Assembly (NCBI GenBank): GCA_027593235.1
Contig: JAQCIU010000037.1
Coordinates: 1 to 30,342 of the forward strand
Direction: 5' to 3'
From: Chloroflexota bacterium
Lineage (GTDB): Bacteria > Chloroflexota > Dehalococcoidia > UBA2979
DNA: 30,342 bases
Part shown: positions 15,984 through 26,173 of the stretch, one piece after another
Layout of the letters: each line of letters begins with the position of its first letter
Position numbering within the stretch: the first letter of the stretch is position 1
Position numbers and translations under genes: made by a program
Notes under the pieces: generated by a model
Told to the model about the DNA's origin: nothing
The model's database searches: none
Seen by the model: the letters and a program-made list of their open reading frames with translations, nothing else

Positions 15984-16805
15984 ATGGCGAACGAACGAGT
16001 ACGAGCACACCTGATCGCGGGTGGATTCCCGGCCGGGCAGACCGCCGGTCACGATCACGACTACGCGCGGCTGCAGATCCTGGGGAAGCTCCAGGACCGC
16101 GAGCACGTCCACACCACCGTCACCAATGACTACGACGACATCGAGAAATGGCTGCCGGACTGCAAGCTGCTGGTCACCTACGTGGCCGGACCGGTCGCGC
16201 AGGCCGAGCAGCATGAGGTCTTGCGCCAGTGGGTCGAGGCCGGCGGTCGCTGGCTGGCATTGCACGGCAGCAGCGGCGGCAAGGCCGCGCGGATGCCCGA
16301 CAGCACCCAGCGCCAGATGGTGCAGATGGACTATCACGACACGCTGGGTGGCTTCTTCATCCACCACCCGCCGATCCGCAAGTTCCAGGTCGAACTGGTC
16401 GACCGCCAGCACCCGCTGACGCAGGGACTCCCGGACGTCTTCGAAACAATCGATGAGCCCTACATGGTGAAGATGCTGGCGCCGGAGAGCACCGAGGTGC
16501 TGCTCACGGCCGACTGGGGCATCGTCCCGCCATCGCCGACGGGCTTCTACTACACGGAGGATGACGCCGTACTGCCGGGAACCTCGAAGCGTGCGATCGC
16601 CTTCGAGCGCACCTTGAGCCAGGGCGCGGTCGCGTACACGACGCTCGGTCACTGCCACACGCCGCTGACGAACAGCCAGCGCTCGGTGCACGAGAGCGTC
16701 GCCGAGGATCACGTGGTGCCGCTGCACCTGCGCGGTTCATGGGAGACGGCGGGGTTCCGGACGCTGCTCGCGAACGGCGTCTCGTGGGGCCTCGGGGAGA
16801 TTTAG
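15984..16805 (+). CDS. ThuA-like domain protein (class I glutamine amidotransferase-like fold)
   Basis: WVEAGGRWLALHG, LGGFFIHHPP, HPLTQGLP.FETIDEPY, YTTLGH. Confidence 0.8.
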   Translation: MANERVRAHLIAGGFPAGQTAGHDHDYARLQILGKLQDREHVHTTVTNDYDDIEKWLPDCKLLVTYVAGPVAQAEQHEVLRQWVEAGGRWLALHGSSGGKAARMPDSTQRQMVQMDYHDTLGGFFIHHPPIRKFQVELVDRQHPLTQGLPDVFETIDEPYMVKMLAPESTEVLLTADWGIVPPSPTGFYYTEDDAVLPGTSKRAIAFERTLSQGAVAYTTLGHCHTPLTNSQRSVHESVAEDHVVPLHLRGSWETAGFRTLLANGVSWGLGEI

Positions 16806-16868
16806 CCGGCGCGGCCCGGGAGCGTACGGCCGGCGGCCGCAACATCGAACGGAACGGACGGGGAAGCC

Positions 16869-17393
16869 ATGAGCACAGTCACCTTTATCCAGCGCAGTCT
16901 GGACTTCACGCACAACGCGCTGAAGGATGCTCGGAACGGTACGGACGAGCAGTTGCACTTCGTGCCGGCGGACGGCAGTCACTCGATCGCCTGGTGCCTC
17001 TGGCACACCGCTCGCGTCGAGGATCTGATCATGAGCCGGGTGAGCGGCCAGCCTCCCGTCTGGAGTCAGGAGTGGGCTGACAAGTCCGGGCTCCCGTTCG
17101 ACGGCTTCGGCACTGGCATGGCCGACGACGACGCGCAGCAGGTGCACATCACGGACATGGGCGCGTTCAACGGCTACCAGGACGCGGTCTTCGCTCGCAC
17201 GGCGGAGTTCCTGAGCGGCGCGTCTGACGATGATCTCGAACGAGAGATCCCGGCCCGCAACGGCACGGAGAGCGTCGGCGAGGCGATCTCGCTGCACATG
17301 ATGGGTCACTTCAACGGGCACCGCGGCGAGATCAACACGCTGCGCGGCATGCAGGGCATGCCGACGGTGATGGCGGCGCAGGGCACGCACTAG
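16869..17393 (+). CDS. DinB-family protein (thiol S-transferase-like)
   Basis: SIAWCLWHTARVED and H..HRGEINTLRG metal-binding His pattern. Confidence 0.85.
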   Translation: MSTVTFIQRSLDFTHNALKDARNGTDEQLHFVPADGSHSIAWCLWHTARVEDLIMSRVSGQPPVWSQEWADKSGLPFDGFGTGMADDDAQQVHITDMGAFNGYQDAVFARTAEFLSGASDDDLEREIPARNGTESVGEAISLHMMGHFNGHRGEINTLRGMQGMPTVMAAQGTH

Positions 17394-17421
17394 GACGCCC
17401 CGCCACCCGATAGCTAGACTC

Positions 17422-17457
17422 GGCAACGCGCCCACGATTCGTGGGCGCGTTGTCTTT
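17422..17457 (+). terminator. Intrinsic terminator after the dinB-family gene
   Basis: CAACGCGCCCACG-ATT-CGTGGGCGCGTTG 13-bp perfect stem followed by TCTTT. Confidence 0.75.
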
Positions 17458-17520
17458 CCGTGCGACCGCTCGAGGTTCCGAGTGGCGCCGGGCTCGAACA
17501 GCCGCCGAAGGATCGCAGCC

Positions 17521-18522
17521 ATGACCGCAGCATCGCGCCGGCTCCGGATTGACCTGCACGCGCACCCCGGCCGCTGCTTCCTGGCCGGCCTCGGTGGCGG
17601 CGATCCGGAGCGCGGGCCGGACCTCGAGGGCGCGTTGCGGCAGCTCCGTGCCGGCGGCGTGCACGTCGCCAGCTTCGCGACGGTCGCCGACATGCGCGTG
17701 AGCCGCCCGGCGGAAGGCCGGATGCGCGCGGTGCGCGACTTCGAGGTGGGCGAGGCGAGTGCCGATCACGCGCGCCAGCTCGACGGGTTGGTGGACTTCG
17801 CAACGTCGGCCGGCATTCGCCGGATCCTCGGGCCGGACGACGTGCGCGCGGTGGCGGCGTCCGGGGAGTCCGCGATGCTGCTCGCATGTGAGGGCGGCGA
17901 CTTCCTCGAGGGCGATGTGGCGGGTGTCGCAGCCGTCTATGCGCGGGGCGTCCGCACGATCCAACTCGTCCACTACCGATTGAATGAGCTGGGCGACATT
18001 CAGACCGAGGACCCCCTACATAACGGCCTGACGGTCTTCGGTGGCGAGGTCGTCGATGAGATGAACCGGCTGGGGATGGTGATCGATCTCTCTCACGCCC
18101 CGTGGTCGGTGACGCGCGACGTGCTCGAGCGAACCCGCGCGCCCGTGATGGTGTCGCATAGCCACCTGGCTGCCAGTCCGGACGCGCCGCCGCGTCTGCT
18201 CTCAGCGGATCACGCGCGCGCGGTCGCGGATGCGGGCGGTGTGATCGGCGCATGGCCGTCCGGGGTGGTCCTCGAGAGCTTCGACCAGTTCCTCGATGAG
18301 ATCGTGCGGATGGTGAAGTTGCTGGGCGCGGAGCACGTCGGCATCGGTACCGACATGGACGGAAACTACGAGCCGGTGATGACGCGCTACGAGCAGTACC
18401 TGGACCTCGAAAGCGGGCTCGCGGCGCGCGGGTTGACCGAGGGCGACGTCGATCTGGTGATGGGCGAGTCGTTCCTGCGGCTGTTCGAGCGGGTGGTGGC
18501 GGTGGCCGGCACGGCGAGGTAA
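17521..18522 (+). CDS. Membrane dipeptidase (peptidase M19)
   Basis: IDLHAH, LACEGG, GLTVFG.EVV.EMNRLGMVIDLSH, VSHS, HVGIGTDMDG. Confidence 0.9.
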   Translation: MTAASRRLRIDLHAHPGRCFLAGLGGGDPERGPDLEGALRQLRAGGVHVASFATVADMRVSRPAEGRMRAVRDFEVGEASADHARQLDGLVDFATSAGIRRILGPDDVRAVAASGESAMLLACEGGDFLEGDVAGVAAVYARGVRTIQLVHYRLNELGDIQTEDPLHNGLTVFGGEVVDEMNRLGMVIDLSHAPWSVTRDVLERTRAPVMVSHSHLAASPDAPPRLLSADHARAVADAGGVIGAWPSGVVLESFDQFLDEIVRMVKLLGAEHVGIGTDMDGNYEPVMTRYEQYLDLESGLAARGLTEGDVDLVMGESFLRLFERVVAVAGTAR

Positions 18523-18573
18523 CGGCGAGACACCGCTATCTGATGAACCTCGGGAAGTGGCCGACGCGCGCGC

Positions 18574-19554
18574 ATGCTGGGCGCTCAACGGTTACCGTGC
18601 GACGAACGAGGCTGGGACGGTCTCGATCCACGGGAGGTGCTCGTCGTGATGGAACGACCGACGTTGCGCACGCTGCGGGAGCTGGACGCGCTGCGATCCC
18701 CGTTGCTGGTCGCCACCTTCGTCCGTCGGAACGGGTTCAACTCCACGGCCGCGGCGACGCTGGCCCAGTACGCCCAGCACCACGACGCCGAGATCATCGC
18801 CGAGATCGATCCGGACCTGTTCTACGACTTCACCGTGATGCCGCCATCGGTGCGCCCGACCGACGGCAAACGGGTCATCGAGTGGCCGAAGAACGAGGTG
18901 CGACTGATTCGTGCGGAGGGCAGCGAGCGGGACGTGCTCGTGCTGGCCGGCATCGAACCGCATCTCCGCTGGCAGACGTTCTCCACCGCCCTCCACGGCT
19001 TCATTACGAGTCACGCGATTCACGATCTGCTGGTGCTGCGCACCTGGCCCGCGGCGGTACCGCACACGCGCCCAACGGTGATGCGCCTCAGCTCGGCGAG
19101 CGACGAGATGGCCTCGAAGCTGGGCCTCACCGCCAACCGGACGCCCTACCGAGGACCGGTCGACTTCGGCGGCGTGCTGAGCGCGCTGCACATCAACGCC
19201 GGCGGTGAGGCTGCTGGTCTGACCGCGGTGGTGGCGAACTACCTGGGGGTGGTGCCGAACCCGTACGCGATGGTCGCGCTGACGAAGTCGATCGATCGCC
19301 TCGCCGGTACCGAGACGCCGACCGACGACTTCCAGGAGGCGGCGGATCAGCTCGGCGTGCGAGCGAACGAGGAGATGGAACGCTCCGAGGATCTCCGCCG
19401 CGCGGTCCACGAACTCGAGGACAGCTACGAGTCGATCGTCGAACAGATGACCGGCGAAGTGACCGGGGCGACGCCGGGCGACGAGCTTCCGTCACACACG
19501 GAACTGCTGCGTGATGTGGAGCGGTTCCTGCAGGGCGAGTCGCCAAGCGACTAA
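18574..19554 (+). CDS. PAC2-family protein (proteasome assembly chaperone-like)
   Basis: IAEIDPDLFYDFT..PP, IEWP, VLAGIEPHLRWQTF, VPHTRP, C-terminal ELLRDVERFL; start codon uncertain. Confidence 0.8.
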   Translation: MLGAQRLPCDERGWDGLDPREVLVVMERPTLRTLRELDALRSPLLVATFVRRNGFNSTAAATLAQYAQHHDAEIIAEIDPDLFYDFTVMPPSVRPTDGKRVIEWPKNEVRLIRAEGSERDVLVLAGIEPHLRWQTFSTALHGFITSHAIHDLLVLRTWPAAVPHTRPTVMRLSSASDEMASKLGLTANRTPYRGPVDFGGVLSALHINAGGEAAGLTAVVANYLGVVPNPYAMVALTKSIDRLAGTETPTDDFQEAADQLGVRANEEMERSEDLRRAVHELEDSYESIVEQMTGEVTGATPGDELPSHTELLRDVERFLQGESPSD

Positions 19555-19601
19555 CCCGTCGCGGGCCGGAGCGACTCACTCGCGGTCGGAGATGCTCGCC
19601 G

Positions 19602-20522
19602 CTAGTTCACGTCTCCGAGCGAGACTTCCCACGGTGCGAAGTCGTCGGGTAGCGGCAGGTCGACGAACGGGTCGGCGCTGACCACCACGCGGAATCCGGT
19701 CGCATCCTCGGGGACATCCCATGCGACCTGGAAGTCCTGCGAGAAGCCGGGCCCGACGTCGTCGAATGGCAACGCCACCGGCTCCCAGGTGCGGTCACGG
19801 TCGTCGAACAGGCTCATCTTCAGGGCCCACCAGGGGCTCGTTGGCTCCTGGCCGTCGTTCTTGAAGGTGAAGTCGACGACGACAAGAACGCCTTGCGGCG
19901 GGTCGTCGAAATCGTTCAGGGCGTCAGCGGAGAGCGAGGCGCCGTTGATCGTGACGATCAGACCGCCAACCGGCAGTGCCTGGCCGGCCGACGCGGCGAC
20001 TGGCGGACCGAAATCGTCCGAACCGAAGTCCGATCCGAAGTCGGTGCCCGAGTCCGAGCTGGTAGAGATGCCGAGTTCGGCGCGCTCGGCGTCGTAGGGC
20101 TCGCAGTCGCTGGTGCTGCGCCAGCGGCCGTCCTGAAGGACGAGCAGTTCGGTGCTCTCACCGCCTTCGGCCGTGGCGCCGAAGAGGTCGAATCCGCCGC
20201 TGCTGGTGACCGTGACGATCGCGCGGTCATCGGCGGGGAAGGTGACCTCGTTGATCTCGAACTCGATGTCGGCTTCGCCGAGGAACGCCTGGAGGAACGC
20301 GAGGCCCAGCGCCAGCTCCCCGGTGTCGGGCGCGCACTCCTCGGGGAAGAACGACGCGAACTTCTCGATGTCGATCTCGTCACCGAAGATTGAGTCGAAC
20401 AACGCGTTCACGTCATCGCGAACGGCGTCCTCGCTGTTGGCGTCGCTGGATCCGCCGCAGGCGGCAGCGAACAGCAATGCGACGGCGACGGGTACGAGGA
20501 GCAGGCGCTTCGAGTTCAGCAT
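19602..20522 (-). CDS. Acidic lipoprotein with C-terminal DUF4352-like Ig-fold domain
   Basis: Lipobox FAAAC; VVVDFTFKNDG...LFDDRDR...VGPG....VAWDVPEDA pattern. Confidence 0.7.
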   Translation of the reverse strand: MLNSKRLLLVPVAVALLFAAACGGSSDANSEDAVRDDVNALFDSIFGDEIDIEKFASFFPEECAPDTGELALGLAFLQAFLGEADIEFEINEVTFPADDRAIVTVTSSGGFDLFGATAEGGESTELLVLQDGRWRSTSDCEPYDAERAELGISTSSDSGTDFGSDFGSDDFGPPVAASAGQALPVGGLIVTINGASLSADALNDFDDPPQGVLVVVDFTFKNDGQEPTSPWWALKMSLFDDRDRTWEPVALPFDDVGPGFSQDFQVAWDVPEDATGFRVVVSADPFVDLPLPDDFAPWEVSLGDVN

Positions 20523-20638
20523 CGCGCGAGCATACGGGTCGGGCACCGAGGAGACGTCGGGAATTTCCTGACGATCTCGGGAGTGTCAGACGGTCGTGTG
20601 CCTGACCTCGAACTGACCGCTCTCTCGCGCGCGCGGCG

Positions 20639-21781
20639 CTAGGTGCGGTCCAGCCGCGCCGCATTGACGATCGCCCGCCCGAGGTACGGCAGGCCCTGGG
20701 CGACTGGCGCGGTGTTGATCCACTCGCGCGGCGTGTGCGCTTCACCCCCCGTCGTGACCCCGACGCAGGTAGCGGGGATCCCGAGGCCGATCGCGTGGTT
20801 CGCGTCCGTGCTGCCGCTGTTGAACATCGGCGGCTCGAGGCCGCTCTCACGCCGCGCGGCGAGCACCGCCTGAACCAGCGGGTCGTCCTGGCTGATGCTG
20901 CCGGCCGGCCGGCGGCCGATCCGCTTGACGGTCAGTTGGCCCTCCGACGACTCGATCGCGGCCCGCACCGCCTGCTTCATCGCAGCATCGAGCGCCGCGA
21001 GGGCGTTCGGGTCCTCGGATCGCAGGTCGATCTCTGCCGTGGCCTCCGGTGCGATCGTGTTCACCGATCGTCCGCCGTGGATGACGCCGATGCTCATCGT
21101 CGTCTTCGGCTCGATTCCGACCGCGGGGTAGAGCGGTTCGAGGGCGGTAAGCGCCCGCGCGAGGAGCGCGATCGCGTTCGGGCGACCGTAGGCGCCCCAC
21201 GAATGCCCGCCCTCGGTGGTGACGGTGATTTCGTAGCGGTTGCTCCCGACGAAGCCGAGTTGCACGCGGTCGCGGGCGAGGCCCTCGATTGCGAGCACGC
21301 GATCGAACTGGCCGGCATGGCTCTTGCAGACCGCGCGGATGCCGCGCAAATCGCCGCGCCCTTCCTCGCCGACGTTCGCGGCAAGCAGGATGTCGCCGGC
21401 CCCTCGAGGCGGCGCGGCCTGCAATGCCTCCGCGACCGCGAGCAGCGCGGCGACCGACAGCGAGTTGTCACCGATGCCGGGGCCGAGCAGCTTGCCGCGC
21501 TGTCGCCGGATCGAGACGGTCGCGTCGGGGAAGACAGTGTCGAGGTGGGCGGCGGCCAGCACGCGACTGCGCCCCGCTTCACCTCGATGGAGGGCGACGA
21601 CGTTCCCCATCCGATCGCGCGTCAACGAGGCCCAACCGCCGATCGCGGCCAGGCGCTCCTCGACGTAGCGAGCGCGGGCGTCCTCCGCGAAGGTCGGCGC
21701 GGGGATCTCGGCAATGCGCACCGCCTCGGCGAGGGTGCGGTTCACCGCGGCGGCGAGGTGGGCCTCGAACGTGGTGGCCAT
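20639..21781 (-). CDS. M20/M25/M40-family metallo-hydrolase
   Basis: AAHLDTVFP, GPGIGDNS, VGEEGRG, GGHSW, GSTDAN, AHTPREW. Confidence 0.9.
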   Translation of the reverse strand: MATTFEAHLAAAVNRTLAEAVRIAEIPAPTFAEDARARYVEERLAAIGGWASLTRDRMGNVVALHRGEAGRSRVLAAAHLDTVFPDATVSIRRQRGKLLGPGIGDNSLSVAALLAVAEALQAAPPRGAGDILLAANVGEEGRGDLRGIRAVCKSHAGQFDRVLAIEGLARDRVQLGFVGSNRYEITVTTEGGHSWGAYGRPNAIALLARALTALEPLYPAVGIEPKTTMSIGVIHGGRSVNTIAPEATAEIDLRSEDPNALAALDAAMKQAVRAAIESSEGQLTVKRIGRRPAGSISQDDPLVQAVLAARRESGLEPPMFNSGSTDANHAIGLGIPATCVGVTTGGEAHTPREWINTAPVAQGLPYLGRAIVNAARLDRT

Positions 21782-21854
21782 GCGCTGCCGTCCTTCGCGA
21801 ACGCGGGCGTGGGGGCGCGCCTATGATGGCGCGCGAACGAGGGGAACGGGCACC

Positions 21855-22556
21855 GTGCGCGACGCAGCCCTGGAGCGCGACGAGCTCTTCGCAGCGGCGG
21901 TTCCGCCCGCGAGCGGTGAGTTCACCGTCCTCGGTGTTCCGTTCGATCTGCGGATCAACGTGATCGTCATCGCCAGCACGATGCTGTTGCTCGTCGATGA
22001 ATATCACACGCCGATCGGCGCCGATGTCTTCGGAACAGCCGCGCGCGGGCTCGCCGCGGAGAGCGTGTTGCTCTACCTCGTGATCCCCGCGGCGATCGTC
22101 ATGCTGCTCTTTCGCGACAAGATCGCGGACTACGGGTTTCAGTTCGGGGATTGGCGTGCCGGGCTGAAATGGTCCGTCGGCATTGCGCTCGCGCTCGCTC
22201 CCGCACTGTTCCTCGCGGCACGCACACCGGCGATACAGGACTACTACGCCGGCTCCGAGCGCAGCGTGCTGGACGTGCTGCTGGTGTCCGGCGCGGACCT
22301 CTTCGCCTGGGAGTTCTTGTTCCGCGGGTTCCTGTTGTTTGGCCTCCTGCGCGCGATCGGACCGTCCGCGATCGTGCTGCAGGCGGTGCCGTTCGCGATG
22401 GCCCACCTCGGGAAGCCGGAACTGGATACGATGACCACGGTCATCGGCGGCATGGGCTTCGGTTGGATCGCCTGGCGCAGCAACTCGTTCTTCTACCCGT
22501 TCTTGATCCACCTCTACCTGAACGTGTTCGTCCGACTGGTGGCGATGCACGGCTGA
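21855..22556 (+). CDS. CPBP (CAAX/Abi) intramembrane metalloprotease
   Basis: Multiple TM helices; WEFLFRG, FAMAH and final IH motifs; likely GTG start 21855. Confidence 0.85.
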   Translation: MRDAALERDELFAAAVPPASGEFTVLGVPFDLRINVIVIASTMLLLVDEYHTPIGADVFGTAARGLAAESVLLYLVIPAAIVMLLFRDKIADYGFQFGDWRAGLKWSVGIALALAPALFLAARTPAIQDYYAGSERSVLDVLLVSGADLFAWEFLFRGFLLFGLLRAIGPSAIVLQAVPFAMAHLGKPELDTMTTVIGGMGFGWIAWRSNSFFYPFLIHLYLNVFVRLVAMHG

Positions 22557-22594
22557 TCGGGTACGGGTCTGACTCGCTCGAAAGGAGCACCGCG

Positions 22595-23494
22595 ATGCGT
22601 GAGTTCGAGGGCAAGGTCGCCGTGGTCACCGGCGCCGCCAGCGGGATCGGCCGGGCGATGGCGGATCGGTTCGCCGCCGCCGGCATGAAGGTCGTGCTTG
22701 CTGACGTGGAGGAGCGAGCCCTCGAGGGCGCCGTGACCGAGCTACGCCAGGGCGAGCACGACGTGCTGGGCGTGCTCTGCGACGTCTCGACCGAGGCTGC
22801 GCTGCAGGACCTCGCGGATCGGACGATCGACGCGTACGGCGGCGTTCACATCCTCTGCAACAACGCGGGCGTCGTTGCCGGCGGCGCGATTGTCGGTGAT
22901 CGCGATCAGTACATCTGGGAGCAGCCGCTCAGCGACTGGCAGTGGACGCTCGATGTGAACCTCTGGGGTGTGATCCACGGCGTGCGAGTCTTCACGCCGC
23001 TGATGCTCGCGCAGCATGAGCCGGGGCACATCATCAACACCGCCTCGACGGCCGGGCTGACCAGCGGTCCGCAGCTCGGCATCTACGGCGTGTCGAAGCA
23101 TGGCGTGGTCCGTCTCTCCGAGGCGCTCTACTTCCACCTGCGCGATGTCGCCGCGAAGACCGGGGCGCAGGTGAACTGCTCGGTGCTCTGCCCGGGCGGC
23201 GTCCGCACGCGGATCACCGGCGCGGGGCGGAACCGCCCCGTCGAACGGCTTGAGGGCGACATCCTCCGGCTGGACGCCGGTGAGGTGGATCGACGCGCGG
23301 CGAACTGGTCGAACCTGATCGGCGATTCCGGCCAGGATCCCGCGGAGATTGCCGAGAAGGTGTTCACCGCAATCAACGAGGACCAGTTCTACATCCTCAC
23401 CCACGACACCCAGGACGAAGCCGTGCGGATGCGCTCCGAGCAGATCCTCGCCCGTCGGAACCCGGAGCTGCCGCCGTCCGGGCTGCGGGGCTAG
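22595..23494 (+). CDS. SDR-family NAD(P)-dependent oxidoreductase
   Basis: TGAASGIG, CNNAG, NTAS, YGVSK; AAAGGAG before ATG 22595. Confidence 0.94.
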   Translation: MREFEGKVAVVTGAASGIGRAMADRFAAAGMKVVLADVEERALEGAVTELRQGEHDVLGVLCDVSTEAALQDLADRTIDAYGGVHILCNNAGVVAGGAIVGDRDQYIWEQPLSDWQWTLDVNLWGVIHGVRVFTPLMLAQHEPGHIINTASTAGLTSGPQLGIYGVSKHGVVRLSEALYFHLRDVAAKTGAQVNCSVLCPGGVRTRITGAGRNRPVERLEGDILRLDAGEVDRRAANWSNLIGDSGQDPAEIAEKVFTAINEDQFYILTHDTQDEAVRMRSEQILARRNPELPPSGLRG

Positions 23495-23627
23495 CCTCAG
23501 CGCCGGCCGCCGAGGCGCCGCCAGACCTCGTCACGCTCGCCCGTGGCGTGGTGGCGGATGCACGCGGGTTCGTAGCGAAGCGGAGTCGTAGACTCCCTCG
23601 TCTCACCGCTGTCTTGAACAGGGTTCG

Positions 23628-24872
23628 ATGCCTGATTCGCCACCTGCGCCCCCCGTCCAGCCGCGAGCTACCGCGCTCGATGCCGTGCGCGTGCGACCCT
23701 TTCGATTGCTGTTGGCCGCCGGGATGGGGCTCCAGCTCGGATCGTGGATCCAGCGCGTCGCCCTGCTCTGGCTCGTCTACGAGCTGACCGGATCCGCCGC
23801 CCAGCTTGGCGGCGTCGCGTTCGTCCAGACGATCTTCGTGCTCGTGATCGCACCGTTGACCGGCCCGCTGGCCGATCGGATCGGTGCCCGTCGTTCGTTG
23901 ATGTCCGCCACCATGCTGCAGGCGATCGGCGCTGTGGTACTCGTGACCGCCGTGCTCGCCGACCAGGCATCGCTGCCGCTGCTCTACGTCGTGTCGGTCA
24001 CCTACGGCATCGGTCAGTCGATCAACCAACCGATGCGTAACCTCCTCGTCTACGACGCCGTCGGGCGGGAGTTGCTCCAGCCGGCGCTCGCGTTGAACGC
24101 GCTGACCGGGAACCTGATGCGGGTCGTCGGACCCAGCATCGGCGGGGCGTTGGTGGGGTACGCCGGCGCGGAGTTTGCGTTCATGACGCAGGCGGTGCTG
24201 CTGGTCGCATCGGTCGCTTTCGTCCGTGCGCTGCGGATCGACGTCGTCCGTGCCGGGCAGCGGACGTCGCTGGTCAACGAGATCGGATCGGGGATCCGGC
24301 ATGTACTCGGCAATGTGCCGATCCGCACATCGATGGCGATGGCCTTTCTCACCTCGACGCTGGTCTATCCGTACATGCAGTTCATGGCCGTCTTCGCCGA
24401 CGAGCTGGGTCGCGGCGCTACGGGCTACGGGCTGATCTCCTCGGCGATTGGCGTCGGCTCGCTCGTCGGATCCACCTATGTCGCGACCGGCCGTGGCGGC
24501 ATGCGCACGATGCTCTGGGCGGGTCTTGCCTACATGGTGCTGCTGGTGGCGTTCACGAGGATGGACTCGTTCTGGATGGCGTTCGGGGTGCTCGCCGTCG
24601 CCGGCATCGCTCACTCGCTGTTCTCGACGCTGAACCAGGCGCTGCTCCAGCTCAACGCCGGCGAGGAGTATCGCGCCCGCGTGATGGGCCTCTACTCCTG
24701 GGCCGGTGGGCTCGAGCCATTCAGCGTGCTGTCACTCGGGTTCCTCGCGGATCAGTACGGCGTCGCGAACACGATCGGTGGATCGATCGCCATCGCTGCT
24801 GTCCTCGCGCTGCTGCTGGCGACCGAGCGGACCGTGCACGAGCGCTCGCTCGCGCGGAGCCTGGCCCGCTGA
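23628..24872 (+). CDS. MFS transporter (MFS_3/DHA3-like)
   Basis: ~12 hydrophobic segments, GPLADRIGARR, RVVGPSIGG, EYRARVMGLY. Confidence 0.88.
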   Translation: MPDSPPAPPVQPRATALDAVRVRPFRLLLAAGMGLQLGSWIQRVALLWLVYELTGSAAQLGGVAFVQTIFVLVIAPLTGPLADRIGARRSLMSATMLQAIGAVVLVTAVLADQASLPLLYVVSVTYGIGQSINQPMRNLLVYDAVGRELLQPALALNALTGNLMRVVGPSIGGALVGYAGAEFAFMTQAVLLVASVAFVRALRIDVVRAGQRTSLVNEIGSGIRHVLGNVPIRTSMAMAFLTSTLVYPYMQFMAVFADELGRGATGYGLISSAIGVGSLVGSTYVATGRGGMRTMLWAGLAYMVLLVAFTRMDSFWMAFGVLAVAGIAHSLFSTLNQALLQLNAGEEYRARVMGLYSWAGGLEPFSVLSLGFLADQYGVANTIGGSIAIAAVLALLLATERTVHERSLARSLAR

Positions 24873-24932
24873 CGAGGTGGCCCGATCGCCCTCGACCGCC
24901 CTCAACCGATCGCTGGAGGCGGGTGCTATCCT

Positions 24933-25050
24933 TCGTCGGTCACTACGCGGTGACCGGGGAAGTCGGTGTGAATCCGACGCTGTCCCGCAACTGTAACTCG
25001 CCCACCAGGTCGCACCTGATGAGCGGGGAGTCAGAACACCGGCCCGCGTG
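24933..25050 (+). ncRNA. Cobalamin riboswitch
   Basis: GGGGAAGTCGGTGTGAATCCGACGCTGTCCCGCAACTGTAA core and GAGTCAGAACACC B12-box, upstream of a btuFCD-like ABC transporter; extended -10 TGCTATCCT just upstream. Confidence 0.93.
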
Positions 25051-25119
25051 AATGTCGAACCTGCGAGGACAGGCGACGGTTATGCGGGCTTCCGCGGAGC
25101 CTGCGGCGCCTCACCCCTG

Positions 25120-25144
25120 CCCCCTCGCCCAGGAGGGGGTTTTT
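25120..25144 (+). terminator. Intrinsic terminator in the riboswitch expression platform
   Basis: CCCCCTC-GCCCAG-GAGGGGG-TTTTT. Confidence 0.75.
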
Positions 25145-25173
25145 GTGCCCCCTCCACGCGGAGGGCTACGGAC

Positions 25174-26160
25174 TTGAACTTGAACTGGCATCGATTGAAA
25201 CGGGCCTCGATGGGGCCACTGATTCTGATGGCGATCGGCCTGATCGCCATGCTGCTCGTCGCTTGCGGCGACACTGCTGATGGCACCTCGACCGCATCGC
25301 CGACGGCGACGGTTGCGGTGGAGGCGACCGGAACAACCGAGGCGACACCGATCACGGTGACCGACTCGGATGGCTTCGTACTGGAGTTCGCAGCGCCACC
25401 CGAGCGCATCATCTCGTTTTCGCCGGGCGCGACGGAGATCCTCTTCGCGATCGGCGCGGGCGACCAGGTGATCGCGGTCGACGAGTTCTCGGATTATCCA
25501 GCGGCCGCGGTCGCGCTGGAGCACGTCTCCTACTCGGAGCCGGATCCAGAGCAGGCGCTTGGTCTCGATCCCGATCTGGTGATCCTGGCCACCCGTCAGC
25601 AGGAGTCAGTTGAGCAGTTCCGCAGCCTTGATCTCCGGGTGCTCTTCAACCGCGAACCGGAGAGCGTGCAGGCGGTGCTCGACAACATCCTGTTGTTCGG
25701 GCAGATCACTGGTCACGAGGCCGAAGCGGCTGCGCTGGTGGCAGAGATGACCGACCGCATCGAGGCGGTCACGTCGGCGCTCGCGAGCATCACCACGGGG
25801 CCCACGGTGTTCTACGAACTGAGCGATGGGCTGTACACCGTCGCGCCGGACACGTTCATCGGCGGCACGCTGGCGCTGGTGAAGGCGAAGAACATCGCCG
25901 AGGGCGCTGAGACGGCGTTCCCGCAGCTCACCGCCGAGGCCGTGATCGAGGCGAACCCGGCCGTCGTGCTGCTGGCCGACGCCGAGTTCGGCGGCAGCCT
26001 GGAGGCGTTACAGGCGCGGCCCGGCTGGGACGTGATCGACGCGGTGGTGAACGAGCGGGTCTACCCGGTCGATCCGGACATTGGGAACCGACCGGGGCCG
26101 CGCATTGCCGATGCGATCGAGCAGATCGCGAAGCTGCTCTACCCGGAGCTGTTCCCGTAG
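25174..26160 (+). CDS. btuF: Cobalamin ABC transporter substrate-binding lipoprotein
   Basis: Lipobox LLVAC, PERIISFSPGATEILFAIG, RPGPRI; riboswitch upstream. Start likely TTG 25174 after GGAGGG (alternative ATG 25210). Confidence 0.85.
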   Translation: MNLNWHRLKRASMGPLILMAIGLIAMLLVACGDTADGTSTASPTATVAVEATGTTEATPITVTDSDGFVLEFAAPPERIISFSPGATEILFAIGAGDQVIAVDEFSDYPAAAVALEHVSYSEPDPEQALGLDPDLVILATRQQESVEQFRSLDLRVLFNREPESVQAVLDNILLFGQITGHEAEAAALVAEMTDRIEAVTSALASITTGPTVFYELSDGLYTVAPDTFIGGTLALVKAKNIAEGAETAFPQLTAEAVIEANPAVVLLADAEFGGSLEALQARPGWDVIDAVVNERVYPVDPDIGNRPGPRIADAIEQIAKLLYPELFP

Positions 26161-26173
26161 TGGCTCGCTCGCG

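Noticed and set aside
21855-22556. Abi-type anti-phage gene
   Set aside because: CPBP/CAAX proteases are common housekeeping membrane proteins and there is no defence context.
23616-23626. GAAC-AGG-GTTC upstream of the MFS gene as an SOS box
   Set aside because: The spacer is 3 nt rather than 4.
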